A DNA stretch of 64,000 nucleotides from positions 14,894 to 78,893 of the forward strand of contig CAMBLG010000008.1 in the NCBI GenBank assembly GCA_945868435.1, read 5' to 3'. The translations under genes and the position numbers were made by a program. Every line of letters begins with the position of its first letter. The first letter of the stretch is position 1. The notes beneath the pieces were generated by a model. The model was not told the DNA's origin. It saw only the letters and a program-made list of their open reading frames with translations, and made no database searches. Origin of the DNA: an uncultured Lachnospiraceae bacterium. GTDB lineage: Bacteria > Bacillota > Clostridia > Lachnospirales > Lachnospiraceae. Shown in pieces: positions 37,934 to 47,757 of the stretch.

Positions 37934-40375
37934 TTATTCTACAGTAAACTCTATCATCTCAGTGCCTGCCTGCCCGCCTTGAATCATAAGCTTCGCCAGT
38001 CCTGTTTCTCCGATGGTCCTGATATATACACCTGTCATTCCACCCCGAAGTGTCACAACAGACGGACCGATCAGAGCAATGGGGCCTTCCGTTTTCAGCT
38101 CCAGCGGCTCCTGGTAAAACGGCAGCGGATTGTCATTGTTGTCTAACGCCCGTATCCGAACCTCCGCCACATCATAGCTGTTCTTCTCTTCCAATTTCGT
38201 ATGTGACGGCTTTACCTCCAAGTGCAGACTTTGCATGGGTTCCTTTACAACCCGCTTGACCACCTGTCCATCCTTTATGGCATCAAACCGATACACCGTG
38301 GCAGTCTCACCCCAGTTTCCGACATACTCGGTATACAATCTCACCACATCCTTGGGCTTCATATGATAGAAGGTCAGGCATTCCAGTGCACTAAGAATAT
38401 GTTTTATCGGCAGGTGAGCATATCCATATACAGCAGCGTAATTTAATGCCGATTTAATAATATCCGCCTGATGTGTCGTAAAGGATTCCTTCTCATGAAT
38501 TTCATTCCCAATAAAGTCATCAATCAGGATGGGGCCATGCGCCAGATTCCGGTAGGGGGAATCCTCTGCCCGGTATTCCTTGATAAAAACATCATTCTTA
38601 TACATCCGCACCCGCTCTGCATTCGTAAATATATAGATTTTTCCGCGATTGCAGGCCGGATGTTCCCCGATATCCATAGAGGAGCTCAGCTCCAATATCG
38701 GCGTCTCCTCCTGCTGACATGCATAAATCAGTGCCGCAAGCTTGGGATTCCGGTACATGTCCAGCACCCCATGATAGCAGATCCGGTCTCCGCTCCCGAA
38801 ATCCTTATGGGTATTGTAGTCAAACATACACCAGCCAAAGCTTCCCGCGATATCCGCTTCACCTGCTACCGCATCCAGTACATTTGCGTGACGAAGCGCA
38901 TGTTCCACCCGGTGTTCTTCACAGTCAAAGGGTTTTGTCGGATACATGTGCCCATTATATTCGCTGATGAGATACGCCTTGTTGGTATCCGAGGTTACCT
39001 TCGCCTTTGGCTCACACCCCGCCGCCTTTCCGTCATGTACGAAATCGTTATAGGTATACACATCCTCCAACAACTGGCTCTTCTTATGCGCCCGCACACC
39101 TCCGGTACAGCGCCCGTCTCTCTGGGCGTGCGCCATCTCATTGGTCCGGCGGTAGAATTCCTCGTCATCCACAGACTCATTGATCCGGACGCCCCACAAA
39201 ATGATGGACGTGTGATTCCGGTATTGTTCGATCATTTCCCTTACATTTTCGACCGCCTGATCCTTCCATTCCGCATCACCGATGTGCTGCCAGCCCGGAA
39301 TCTCCATAAACACCAGAAGCCCCAATTCATCACACCGGTCTACGAAATAGTGGGACTGGGGATAATGGGAAGTGCGAACTGCATTGCAGCCCAGCTCATA
39401 CTTTAAGATATCGGCATCCAGCTTCTGCATGGACTCCGGCATGGCATAACCCACATAGGGATAGCTCTGATGGCGGTTCAGCCCCCGAAGCTTTAACTTC
39501 TTTCCGTTCAGGTAAAAACCGTCTGCCCGAAAATCCGCCACACGGAATCCAAATCGTGTAGTATTCTGATCCATGCAGACTCCATCCCTGAGAAGCTGCG
39601 TCTCAAGCACATAGAGAACCGGAGACTCTGTGGACCATAATCGCACGTTTGTCAGGGAAAAGGTATCTTCTCTCTCTGATTCTGAGAGCACCTGCTCCGT
39701 CAGAAGCCGGCTTTCCTCCCCACAGGATTCATCTGCCGGTTTTAATGTTCGGCGAATGGTGTATCGACTTCTATCCGTTTCACTGCTTATTCCAGCAATC
39801 TTAATTTTTGTTTTAAGTTTTGCATTCATCACTTTTCCATCATATGCAGTTTCCAGAGCCTCTCCCGATATATCCGTCTGTACAAATTCAGCTTCAATAT
39901 GTACTTTCTCTCTCACATCCAGATACACATCCCGATAGAGACCACCATATGTCATATAATCAATGACAAATCCAAAGGGCGGAATATTCTGCTGTTCCCT
40001 GCTGTCTACCTTGATTACAAGCACATTGTCTGTACCATAGCGAAGCTTCTCTGACAGTTCTACAGAGCAAGCGGTATATCCGCAATGATGTTCTTTTATT
40101 AAATCCCCATTTAAATAAATCCAAGTTGAGTGTGCAGCACCCTCAAGAGTAAGACTTACACTTTTTCCTTCCCACTCTTCCGGGACCTTCCACACCTTCC
40201 GGTATCCACACACCATCTGATACAAACTCTCATCAAAATAATGGAACGGGGTTTCCTTACATGTGTGTGGCAGACGCACGGTCTGAGCACTCTCACTTTG
40301 GTAATCGTCCCCCAAAAGTCGATCCGTGTACCGCTCTTCAAAAATCCAGTTATCGTTTATATAGATTCTTCCCAT
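37934..40375 (-). CDS. Glycoside hydrolase family 2 (beta-galactosidase)
   Basis: GLNRHQ, VRTSHYPQ, WGVRINES, SEYNGH. Confidence 0.92.
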   Translation of the reverse strand: MGRIYINDNWIFEERYTDRLLGDDYQSESAQTVRLPHTCKETPFHYFDESLYQMVCGYRKVWKVPEEWEGKSVSLTLEGAAHSTWIYLNGDLIKEHHCGYTACSVELSEKLRYGTDNVLVIKVDSREQQNIPPFGFVIDYMTYGGLYRDVYLDVREKVHIEAEFVQTDISGEALETAYDGKVMNAKLKTKIKIAGISSETDRSRYTIRRTLKPADESCGEESRLLTEQVLSESEREDTFSLTNVRLWSTESPVLYVLETQLLRDGVCMDQNTTRFGFRVADFRADGFYLNGKKLKLRGLNRHQSYPYVGYAMPESMQKLDADILKYELGCNAVRTSHYPQSHYFVDRCDELGLLVFMEIPGWQHIGDAEWKDQAVENVREMIEQYRNHTSIILWGVRINESVDDEEFYRRTNEMAHAQRDGRCTGGVRAHKKSQLLEDVYTYNDFVHDGKAAGCEPKAKVTSDTNKAYLISEYNGHMYPTKPFDCEEHRVEHALRHANVLDAVAGEADIAGSFGWCMFDYNTHKDFGSGDRICYHGVLDMYRNPKLAALIYACQQEETPILELSSSMDIGEHPACNRGKIYIFTNAERVRMYKNDVFIKEYRAEDSPYRNLAHGPILIDDFIGNEIHEKESFTTHQADIIKSALNYAAVYGYAHLPIKHILSALECLTFYHMKPKDVVRLYTEYVGNWGETATVYRFDAIKDGQVVKRVVKEPMQSLHLEVKPSHTKLEEKNSYDVAEVRIRALDNNDNPLPFYQEPLELKTEGPIALIGPSVVTLRGGMTGVYIRTIGETGLAKLMIQGGQAGTEMIEFTVE

Positions 40376-40383
40376 ATCTTCTC

Positions 40384-40953
40384 CTATTCGTTTACAATTC
40401 CATCGACCAAAATGTTCACCACTTCATTTAATGCATCCTGATAACTGATCCGGTTTACCACCAGAACATCTCTCTGAAAAAATTGCTCCAGCGTGGCCTC
40501 CATCATAGTCTTAAACACAACTACATTGACTGGACGGATGACACCTTCTTCAATTCCCTGCTGGATCAGCTCAATCGTTGCCTCCCACCCGGTTTCCAGT
40601 CGTTCCTCCACCTTGCGGTAGATATTCGGATATTTATCCTTCAACTGATACAACTGTCCAAAGTCAACATCGACATAGCTCTCCGGAAGCACACACAGGA
40701 TTGCGCGGATCTTTTCCACCGTACTCAGAGTTCTGTTATGTACAACCTCAGCCTCGCTCTCTTTGATCCGGTCAAAACAATAATCCACCATCTGATAGAA
40801 CATCGTCTCTTTGTCCCGGAACACGCGATAGATGGTCTTCTTGCTCATGGACAACTCTGCGGCGATATCGTCCATGGTAAATTTTAATCCTTTTCGATTA
40901 AATACTTTCATGGTTGCCTCTAGGATTTTCTCCTTGTTTTCCTGACCTTCCAT
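40384..40953 (-). CDS. TetR/AcrR-family regulator
   Basis: N-terminal HTH FTMDDIAAELSMSKKTIYRVF; first gene of the galactoside operon. Confidence 0.92.
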   Translation of the reverse strand: MEGQENKEKILEATMKVFNRKGLKFTMDDIAAELSMSKKTIYRVFRDKETMFYQMVDYCFDRIKESEAEVVHNRTLSTVEKIRAILCVLPESYVDVDFGQLYQLKDKYPNIYRKVEERLETGWEATIELIQQGIEEGVIRPVNVVVFKTMMEATLEQFFQRDVLVVNRISYQDALNEVVNILVDGIVNE

Positions 40954-40991
40954 TCCACAATTTCCTCTTCTTCTGTAATCTTACAACTGCC

Positions 40992-41083
40992 GGAAACTAT
41001 TTTTCGTCATACCGTTTCCACATGTTTATTCTAGCATGTCTGAATGCAGCATACAAGAAACTATTCTCACAAAATTGGTTTCC
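40992..41083. promoter_or_regulatory. Two candidate TetR operators
   Basis: GAAACTATT-N12-GTTTCC at 40993-41019 and 41057-41083, same length, 64 bp apart. Confidence 0.6.
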
Positions 41084-41209
41084 TGTTTTTATGCATTTTT
41101 ACAAGACAAACGATGGAAAACTTGGTATAATATGATGCAAATGCATAAGAATTGCAGAGATTACAAGGAATCAAATTCCGCATAACATAAAGGAAGGGAG
41201 ACATCAAAT

Positions 41210-42481
41210 ATGAAGACCTTATATATAGAATGTAAGATGGGCGCCGCCGGCGATATGCTGACAGCCGCGCTCTATGAGCTGTTGGATGAGCCGCAGAAAC
41301 AGGACTTTCTGCGACAGATGAATACCATGTTCGGATCAGATGTGCAGGTTTGCGCCTTACCAAACACAGTAAACGGCATCTCGGGAACCCACATGCAGGT
41401 TCGGGTTCTCGGACAGGAAGAGGGACACGATCATTCGTTGTCTCACCATCATAATCACAACGCAGATGCTGCACATGTACACGCACACTCTTCAGAAGAA
41501 CATTCCCACATGCATCATGACGAACATACACATCATGAACACCATACGTACCAGTCCATCCTGGATCAGATTCAGAAACTTCCTCTTTCCGAAACTGTGC
41601 GCACCCATGCGTCCACAGTTTACCGGCTGATCGGAGAGGCCGAATCTGCGGTTCATGGAAGTACACTCTCCCAGATTCATTTTCACGAGGTGGGCTCGTT
41701 GGATGCTCTTGCCGATGTAACCGGGTGTTGCCTAATCCTCGACATGATACAGCCCGAACAGATTCTTGTGTCTCCCATCCATGTTGGAAACGGAACGGTA
41801 CACTGTGCCCACGGAATTCTCCCCGTGCCCGCCCCTGCCACAGCAGAGCTCTTAAAGGGCATCCCCTATTATACCGGAGATATTCAAAGTGAACTGTGTA
41901 CCCCCACCGGAGCGGCTTTGCTCAAGCACTTTGCAGATGGCTTCTGCGATATGCCTGCCATGTCTGTAAATGCAATCGGTATCGGACTCGGAACCAAAGA
42001 ATTTCCGGTATTAAACGCAGTCCGTGCTTTTCTCGGCGATATCCCGACTGATAAACACGCCGATCAGATTGCAGATATCTCCTGCAATCTGGATGATATG
42101 ACCGGCGAAGCATTGGGTTACTGTATGGAACAGCTGTTTTCGGCAGGCGCATTGGATGTATTCTATATCCCCATCCAGATGAAAAAGAATCGTCCCGGTA
42201 TTCTTCTTCACTGCCTCTGTGAACCGGAAAACCTGGATAGCTTTTGTCAACTCATCCTGCGCTGCACAACCACCCGGGGAGTCCGATATCAGTTCTTTAA
42301 CCGAAAAAAGCTTTCATCCCACTTTGAGGATGTTTCGACAGCCTACGGTACAATTTCCCGCAAGGTAAGCGAAGGATACGGGATTCGAAAAGCAAAATAT
42401 GAGTTCGAAGATATGAAGCGTATCGCAAGTGACAACAATCTCTCCATTGAGGAGCTCGTGAAACGCTTACCACAATACTAA
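41210..42481 (+). CDS. larC: Nickel pincer cofactor biosynthesis protein LarC (single chain)
   Basis: GAAGDM, His-rich tract, HFHEVG, HGILPVPAPAT, TPTGAA, NLDD, MKKNRPG. Confidence 0.93.
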   Translation: MKTLYIECKMGAAGDMLTAALYELLDEPQKQDFLRQMNTMFGSDVQVCALPNTVNGISGTHMQVRVLGQEEGHDHSLSHHHNHNADAAHVHAHSSEEHSHMHHDEHTHHEHHTYQSILDQIQKLPLSETVRTHASTVYRLIGEAESAVHGSTLSQIHFHEVGSLDALADVTGCCLILDMIQPEQILVSPIHVGNGTVHCAHGILPVPAPATAELLKGIPYYTGDIQSELCTPTGAALLKHFADGFCDMPAMSVNAIGIGLGTKEFPVLNAVRAFLGDIPTDKHADQIADISCNLDDMTGEALGYCMEQLFSAGALDVFYIPIQMKKNRPGILLHCLCEPENLDSFCQLILRCTTTRGVRYQFFNRKKLSSHFEDVSTAYGTISRKVSEGYGIRKAKYEFEDMKRIASDNNLSIEELVKRLPQY

Positions 42482-42486
42482 ATGCA

Positions 42487-42522
42487 ATAACGGTATCGCA
42501 TTTATCTCTGCGATACCGTTAT
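42487..42522. terminator. Hairpin between convergent larC and a hypothetical gene
   Basis: ATAACGGTATCGCA-tttatctc-TGCGATACCGTTAT perfect 14-bp stem; weak U tracts. Confidence 0.55.
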
Positions 42523-42936
42523 ATTTGCACTCTGCGGATTCTTTCGATACTGTTCCAAAATCGACAGCCACAGCATATGTATATCGTATATCAACATTTG
42601 ATCAGCCTTGACCGCATAGGGCGCCAGCGTATCCAGATCAAAAAAACGAATTCCAAGTGGCGGCAGGAAAATCAGATTTTCTGATTTTTTATTCTCGCCG
42701 TTGGAATATAGTTTCTCATAAGTTATCATGAGAAACTCCTTGTCCTGATGTGTACAGTAATAAGAGACAAAACACTCATCCACAATCCAGTCGACACCAT
42801 CCTCCTTCTCCACCTGCTTATCCGCCGAATCCTTATATTCCGTCGTCTGGCATTGAATTTCCCAAACCTTGTGTCCGGACTGCGTTTCCTTTATCAGTTC
42901 TGTCACACTTCGCAACAATTCTGCTTCCTTTTTCAT
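42502..42936 (-). CDS. Hypothetical protein
   Basis: Open frame directly downstream of greA with a GAAGGA RBS; no family recognised; start could be 42951. Confidence 0.7.
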   Translation of the reverse strand: MKKEAELLRSVTELIKETQSGHKVWEIQCQTTEYKDSADKQVEKEDGVDWIVDECFVSYYCTHQDKEFLMITYEKLYSNGENKKSENLIFLPPLGIRFFDLDTLAPYAVKADQMLIYDIHMLWLSILEQYRKNPQSANITVSQR

Positions 42937-42956
42937 CGTAATTCCTTCCATTCCTG

Positions 42957-43460
42957 TTAAAACTTTCGCAGTTCATCGCTGCCATCATCAATCGTATTTT
43001 CAATTTTTCGGATTTCAACAAAATAGGAATAATCGTCGTTTACTTTCACCTCGCAACGGTCTCCCACCTTATGACCAAAGATTGCTGCACCCAACGGGGA
43101 TTCCCGACTGATCAGATTTTTGAGAGAATTGCTGCGAACGGTTGTAACGATCTTGTAGGTCTCCACCTCGTCATCATCCTCGAAGTACACATCTACCGTA
43201 TTGTTCATTCCCACTTCATCTTCAGCAGAATCCTCTGAGATCACCACCGCAGTCTTGATCATCTTCTCCAGATATCGGATACGGCTCTCGTTTTCATTCT
43301 TGAACTGTTTTGCCGCCTTGTACTCAAAATTCTCGCTCAGATCTCCCTGCGCTCTTGCGACCTTCACATCCTCCAAAGCCTGCTTACGAACCACAAGCTT
43401 TCGATGTTCAATCTCCGCCTCCATCTTCTCAATATCCTTTTGGGTCAATTCATCGTGCAT
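42957..43460 (-). CDS. greA: Transcription elongation factor GreA
   Basis: ARAQGDLSENFEYKAAK and ISRESPLGAA; AGGAGGT before ATG 43460. Confidence 0.93.
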   Translation of the reverse strand: MHDELTQKDIEKMEAEIEHRKLVVRKQALEDVKVARAQGDLSENFEYKAAKQFKNENESRIRYLEKMIKTAVVISEDSAEDEVGMNNTVDVYFEDDDEVETYKIVTTVRSNSLKNLISRESPLGAAIFGHKVGDRCEVKVNDDYSYFVEIRKIENTIDDGSDELRKF

Positions 43461-44097
43461 ACGAAACCTCCTGTATATCAATCTCTTCTTTCCATTTCCC
43501 ATTCTTTTCTGCGGGGCAGCATATACTGCACTGATATCCCGGAATCAATTCCCTGGTCTCAAATATCGCATCCTGCAGCGTATCAATTTGTTTAAACTCC
43601 ATGCCAAGCCCTTTCCCCACAGCCTTCGCATAGCTCTCTTTTCTGGTCCATATCCGTGCGAACTGCTCTGCAGGATTTGTCCCCCCGGAAACAGTCAAAA
43701 GCTCGTCCTGCGAAAACGCCCGGCGCGCAACCCCGTCCCATCGTCTTTTCTCTTCAAAACGCACAATCTGTTCCACATCGATCCCAACGGGCTGATCTGC
43801 CAGCACACATGCCGCAAGCTCCGCTCCGTGGCTCAGATTAAAAAAAGGCGCATCCGGCATGACAAGGGAAGGCTTTCCGCCCTCCCGTTCTTCGAACACA
43901 GCAGTCTCATAATCAATTCCTGCATTCTCCAGAGCCCTTTTTAAAAGCAACCCCGCCGCCAACGTCCTGCACTGATCCGACTCAGATTTACAGCGGAGAA
44001 CTTTTGCTCTCCGCCGCTCATTTACCAAACGCATTCCATATTCAAAATTCCCCTGCTCCCGCAAAGGCATAATGTCTGCATAAGAAACCCATATCAT
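43450..44097 (-). CDS. Sfp-type 4'-phosphopantetheinyl transferase
   Basis: GKP, FNLSH, VGIDVE, WTRKESYAKAVGKG. Confidence 0.9.
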   Translation of the reverse strand: MIWVSYADIMPLREQGNFEYGMRLVNERRRAKVLRCKSESDQCRTLAAGLLLKRALENAGIDYETAVFEEREGGKPSLVMPDAPFFNLSHGAELAACVLADQPVGIDVEQIVRFEEKRRWDGVARRAFSQDELLTVSGGTNPAEQFARIWTRKESYAKAVGKGLGMEFKQIDTLQDAIFETRELIPGYQCSICCPAEKNGKWKEEIDIQEVSYAR

Positions 44098-44960
44098 GCC
44101 AACACTCCCGTCAGGCCACACAGAAGCACCAGTCCTCCCAGCACAATCCGATACCAGCCAAAGACCTTGAAATCATGCTTTTTGATATATCCCATCAAAA
44201 AGCGGATCACAATCAAAGAAACCATAAAAGCCACCAGCATGCCTATGATCAAAATCATTCCTTCCTCCATGGTGAAAGAGAACCCGAACTTCCACAATTT
44301 AAGCAGACTGGCACCAAACATGACAGGAATTGCCAGGAAAAATGTATACTCTGCAGCCACAGTTCTCGACACACCAATGAGGAGTGCACCTACAATTGTC
44401 GCACCGGAACGGGATGTCCCCGGAAATACTGCCGCGATCAACTGAAACAGACCGATCAGAAGCGCCGTATCATAGCCAATATCCTGTAACGCAGTAATCC
44501 TTGCGTTTTTCCCCCTATGTCTGCTTTCGATAATAATAAACGCAATTCCAAACAAAATCAGCATAACTGCCACCGTCTGGTAATTGTAAAACAATCTCTC
44601 AAACAGCTCATCAAAGAGAATACCGACGATAGCTGCCGGCACACAGGATACCAGAATATGAAACCACAGTGAGAAAATATCCGTCTTGATCCAGGCTCCA
44701 ACGCCATGTTCCGTCAGAGGCTTTTCGTTATTTTTTTTGCCAAAAGGCCAGATCTGACTCCAAAACAACACCACTACAGCAAGAATAGCGCCAAGCTGAA
44801 TTACCACCTCGAACATGCTGTAAAATTCCTCGCTCACATTCAGCGTCACTACCTCATTTAACAGAATCATATGCCCTGTACTGCTGATGGGCAGCCATTC
44901 TGTAATTCCCTCTACAACACCGAAGAGAATTGCCTTTAGTATCTCAACAAAAAAATCCAT
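44094..44960 (-). CDS. uppP: Undecaprenyl-diphosphate phosphatase
   Basis: VEGITEWLPISSTGH, IQLGAILAV, PGTSRSGAT. Confidence 0.96.
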   Translation of the reverse strand: MDFFVEILKAILFGVVEGITEWLPISSTGHMILLNEVVTLNVSEEFYSMFEVVIQLGAILAVVVLFWSQIWPFGKKNNEKPLTEHGVGAWIKTDIFSLWFHILVSCVPAAIVGILFDELFERLFYNYQTVAVMLILFGIAFIIIESRHRGKNARITALQDIGYDTALLIGLFQLIAAVFPGTSRSGATIVGALLIGVSRTVAAEYTFFLAIPVMFGASLLKLWKFGFSFTMEEGMILIIGMLVAFMVSLIVIRFLMGYIKKHDFKVFGWYRIVLGGLVLLCGLTGVLA

Positions 44961-45027
44961 AAAACCATTGGTCTCCTTTACCAAGCATTTTAAAAATTAT
45001 ATCCATCATACCATTCCTGATGAAAAA

Positions 45028-47724
45028 TTACCACTCTGATTTTCTCAAGAACGAAATTCCGAAAGTTCCGATACCGCAGTTACAGCCATTGGACACGGAA
45101 GCATCTTCGATGATCAGTTTCTCAAACTTCACATATTTGCAGATCTCACTCCGAATCATTTGCAGCTGCCTCACAGACAGACCTACATGGGTGATATACA
45201 CAATCGTTGTATTCACTCTCTTTTTATTCAAAAACAGAATATGAATATATCGTTTCCACGCCCGTTCCAAATTTCCATTCAAACAGCCGCATACGCACAA
45301 CTCGCTCTGATCCATATGAAGCACCGGGTGAAGGCAGAACCGTTCACACATCTCGTTGACAAACCGCCCGGTATATCCCCTCTCATAAAAAATCCGCGAG
45401 GTAGGCATCACAAAGCTTGTTCTCACCTTTTCTTTCATTCTCATCAGTGCATCACAGATTTCTACAGCATTCTTACCATCCTTTGCAAGCTGCGCTGCGT
45501 AGAGCACCACCAGCGCCTGACCACAGGAAATCTGTCCGGAATCAATGATATGCACGTGCCCAAAGCCCCTGGCAGCCTGTTTTGCAATGTCATAAGTCTT
45601 TCCTGCTTTCGCTGCCATGGAAACGTGAATGACTTCCTCTGCCTCCGTAAGCCTCTGTGCAAAGAATTCTTCAAATTCTTCCATCGTTGCACTGTCCGCA
45701 AATGCCCGACTCCTGTTACCGGAAACATACTGTTGCAGATTGCCCGAGGTTATCTCCTTGGTATCCTGAAATCTTCCGTGTTCGGTCTTTATGTACAGAT
45801 AAATCATCTTCACATCATTGGCATCTGCCAGTTCCTGTGACATATCACACACACAATCCGTCGTAATACAAAGCTTTTTGCGGATAGGTACACCCTGATG
45901 ATCTCCCCCCTGCTCCGTAGTCCCGGATAGATTGTGAACTGCCGGTCGCACCGCCTGATAATCCAGAAGCTCCTCCGGAATAAACGGCAGAATTGCCTCT
46001 TCCAGCCGGTTTCCCCGGATTGGCTTCTCCAGATATCCATCAAACCCATATTTGCGGTAGATTTCCTCGCTTCCCGCCACCGCATTCGCTGTCATCGCAA
46101 TGACCGGTGTATCTTTACAACGTCCATTTTCCTGCCTGCGAATCTCCTGTAAGGTGTCCACACCATCCATCTGCGGCATCATATGGTCAAGAAGAATAAC
46201 CTGATACTCCTTTTCTCTGGTAAGAGAAAGACACTCCTTGCCGCTTCCCGCCATATCAATTTGAAGTTTTGTCGGCTTTAACAGCTTTTGCACCACCATC
46301 CGGTTCATCTCGTTGTCATCAACAATCAGCACCTTTCCCAACGCAGCCTCAAAGCTCTGTTTGTAATGGCCACGTTCCCCCTCATGATTGGACAGGTAAT
46401 AATTGACTGCTCCGATTGGTGTTCGATCCACAATTTTTTGTTCCAGAATCAATGTAAAATCAGATCCCTTAGTATAGATACTGTCCACCGTAATCTGACC
46501 GCCCATCAAATCCGCCAGCTGTCTGCAGATAAACAGTCCAAGTCCGCTTCCCTCAATCTTGCTGTTCGCCCTCTCATCCCCTCTGTGGTATGATTCAAAC
46601 AGGTGCTCCATATCCTCTTTCCGGATACCGATACCTGTATCACTCACAATAAACGTAAGACGTATTCGCTCCTCATCGATCAGTTCTCCCTGAACCGTGA
46701 AACTGATGCTTCCTTCCTTTGTATACTTAACAGCATTCGTCAACAAATTAATGAGGATCTGTTTGACACGTTTTTCGTCTCCATACAACACCGACGGCAG
46801 AGTCCGATCCACATTCATGACATAATTCAGATTCTTCTCACTCATCCGGACGCGAATCATATCCACCAAATCTCCAAGCATAGTTTTCAGCGGATATTCC
46901 GTCAATACCAGTTCCATCTTCTGATTTTCCAACTGGGATACATCCAAAATATCATTGACCAAAGAGAGCAGAATCTTGCTGGCGTTCTGGATGTTGACGG
47001 CATTCTCCACAACCTCCTCCGGAAGCTTCTCTTCTCTCAGAATCAACTCGTTTAAGCCCATAATCGAATTGATCGGAGTACGGATCTCATGACTCATACT
47101 GGCAAAAAACTGACTCCTGGATTTGCCCAGAACCTCCAGTTCCTGCGCCTGTTTTTCCGCAATTTCCCTCTCTTTTCCGTGCTGAAACACCGTATACTTC
47201 AGCAGAGCTCCTACCGATAACCCAACCGCAAGAACCGCAAATAGCGAGTCGAAATAAATATCCTTGCGATCCTCAATCTCCAATATCCTCTGTGGATGCA
47301 AATAGGCCATGATATACGTAGCACTGTCCCAGATGACAGCAAATACCGTAAATGCTATCATCTTTTTCCCCGAATACATAACAAAGATATAAAATAGTCC
47401 AAGTACAAACCAAACGGACGCCCCGCTGTTAACCCCGCCACAGGAAAAAAAGATTGCCGGAAACGTAAATACAACCATGGAAAATCCCACCAAAAATATG
47501 GCAATCTCGCCCTTCTTTAATCCAAAGGTCAGATAGTTACTGACCAGCATCACCAGCAGTAGTAATCCCTGTGCAATCAGATTTGACATCTCCATTTCCA
47601 TAAAAATGCTCTCAATTATCGCACACACAAGAAGAAATGTTCCGGCCACAATAACCAGACGAAAAATTTTCTCCCTCAGGTCCAGCTTTGAATCCTGAAA
47701 ATATCTCCTTATCTTTCTTATCAT
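45028..47724 (-). CDS. Membrane hybrid histidine kinase-REC with a C-terminal DegV-like domain
   Basis: About 6 TM helices, SHEIRTP, NLLTNAVKYT, DTGIG, GSGLGL, REC (IVDDNEMN..LDHMMPQMDG..KPI), then ITTDCVCD..IIDSGQISCGQ..GIGTFGISF DegV-like region. Confidence 0.88.
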   Translation of the reverse strand: MIRKIRRYFQDSKLDLREKIFRLVIVAGTFLLVCAIIESIFMEMEMSNLIAQGLLLLVMLVSNYLTFGLKKGEIAIFLVGFSMVVFTFPAIFFSCGGVNSGASVWFVLGLFYIFVMYSGKKMIAFTVFAVIWDSATYIMAYLHPQRILEIEDRKDIYFDSLFAVLAVGLSVGALLKYTVFQHGKEREIAEKQAQELEVLGKSRSQFFASMSHEIRTPINSIMGLNELILREEKLPEEVVENAVNIQNASKILLSLVNDILDVSQLENQKMELVLTEYPLKTMLGDLVDMIRVRMSEKNLNYVMNVDRTLPSVLYGDEKRVKQILINLLTNAVKYTKEGSISFTVQGELIDEERIRLTFIVSDTGIGIRKEDMEHLFESYHRGDERANSKIEGSGLGLFICRQLADLMGGQITVDSIYTKGSDFTLILEQKIVDRTPIGAVNYYLSNHEGERGHYKQSFEAALGKVLIVDDNEMNRMVVQKLLKPTKLQIDMAGSGKECLSLTREKEYQVILLDHMMPQMDGVDTLQEIRRQENGRCKDTPVIAMTANAVAGSEEIYRKYGFDGYLEKPIRGNRLEEAILPFIPEELLDYQAVRPAVHNLSGTTEQGGDHQGVPIRKKLCITTDCVCDMSQELADANDVKMIYLYIKTEHGRFQDTKEITSGNLQQYVSGNRSRAFADSATMEEFEEFFAQRLTEAEEVIHVSMAAKAGKTYDIAKQAARGFGHVHIIDSGQISCGQALVVLYAAQLAKDGKNAVEICDALMRMKEKVRTSFVMPTSRIFYERGYTGRFVNEMCERFCLHPVLHMDQSELCVCGCLNGNLERAWKRYIHILFLNKKRVNTTIVYITHVGLSVRQLQMIRSEICKYVKFEKLIIEDASVSNGCNCGIGTFGISFLRKSEW

Positions 47725-47757
47725 GTACTTCTCACCCTCTCGTATACACCGGTAACA

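Noticed and set aside
43450-44097. Sfp PPTase as a marker of an NRPS/PKS cluster
   Set aside because: No carrier protein, NRPS or PKS genes in the window.
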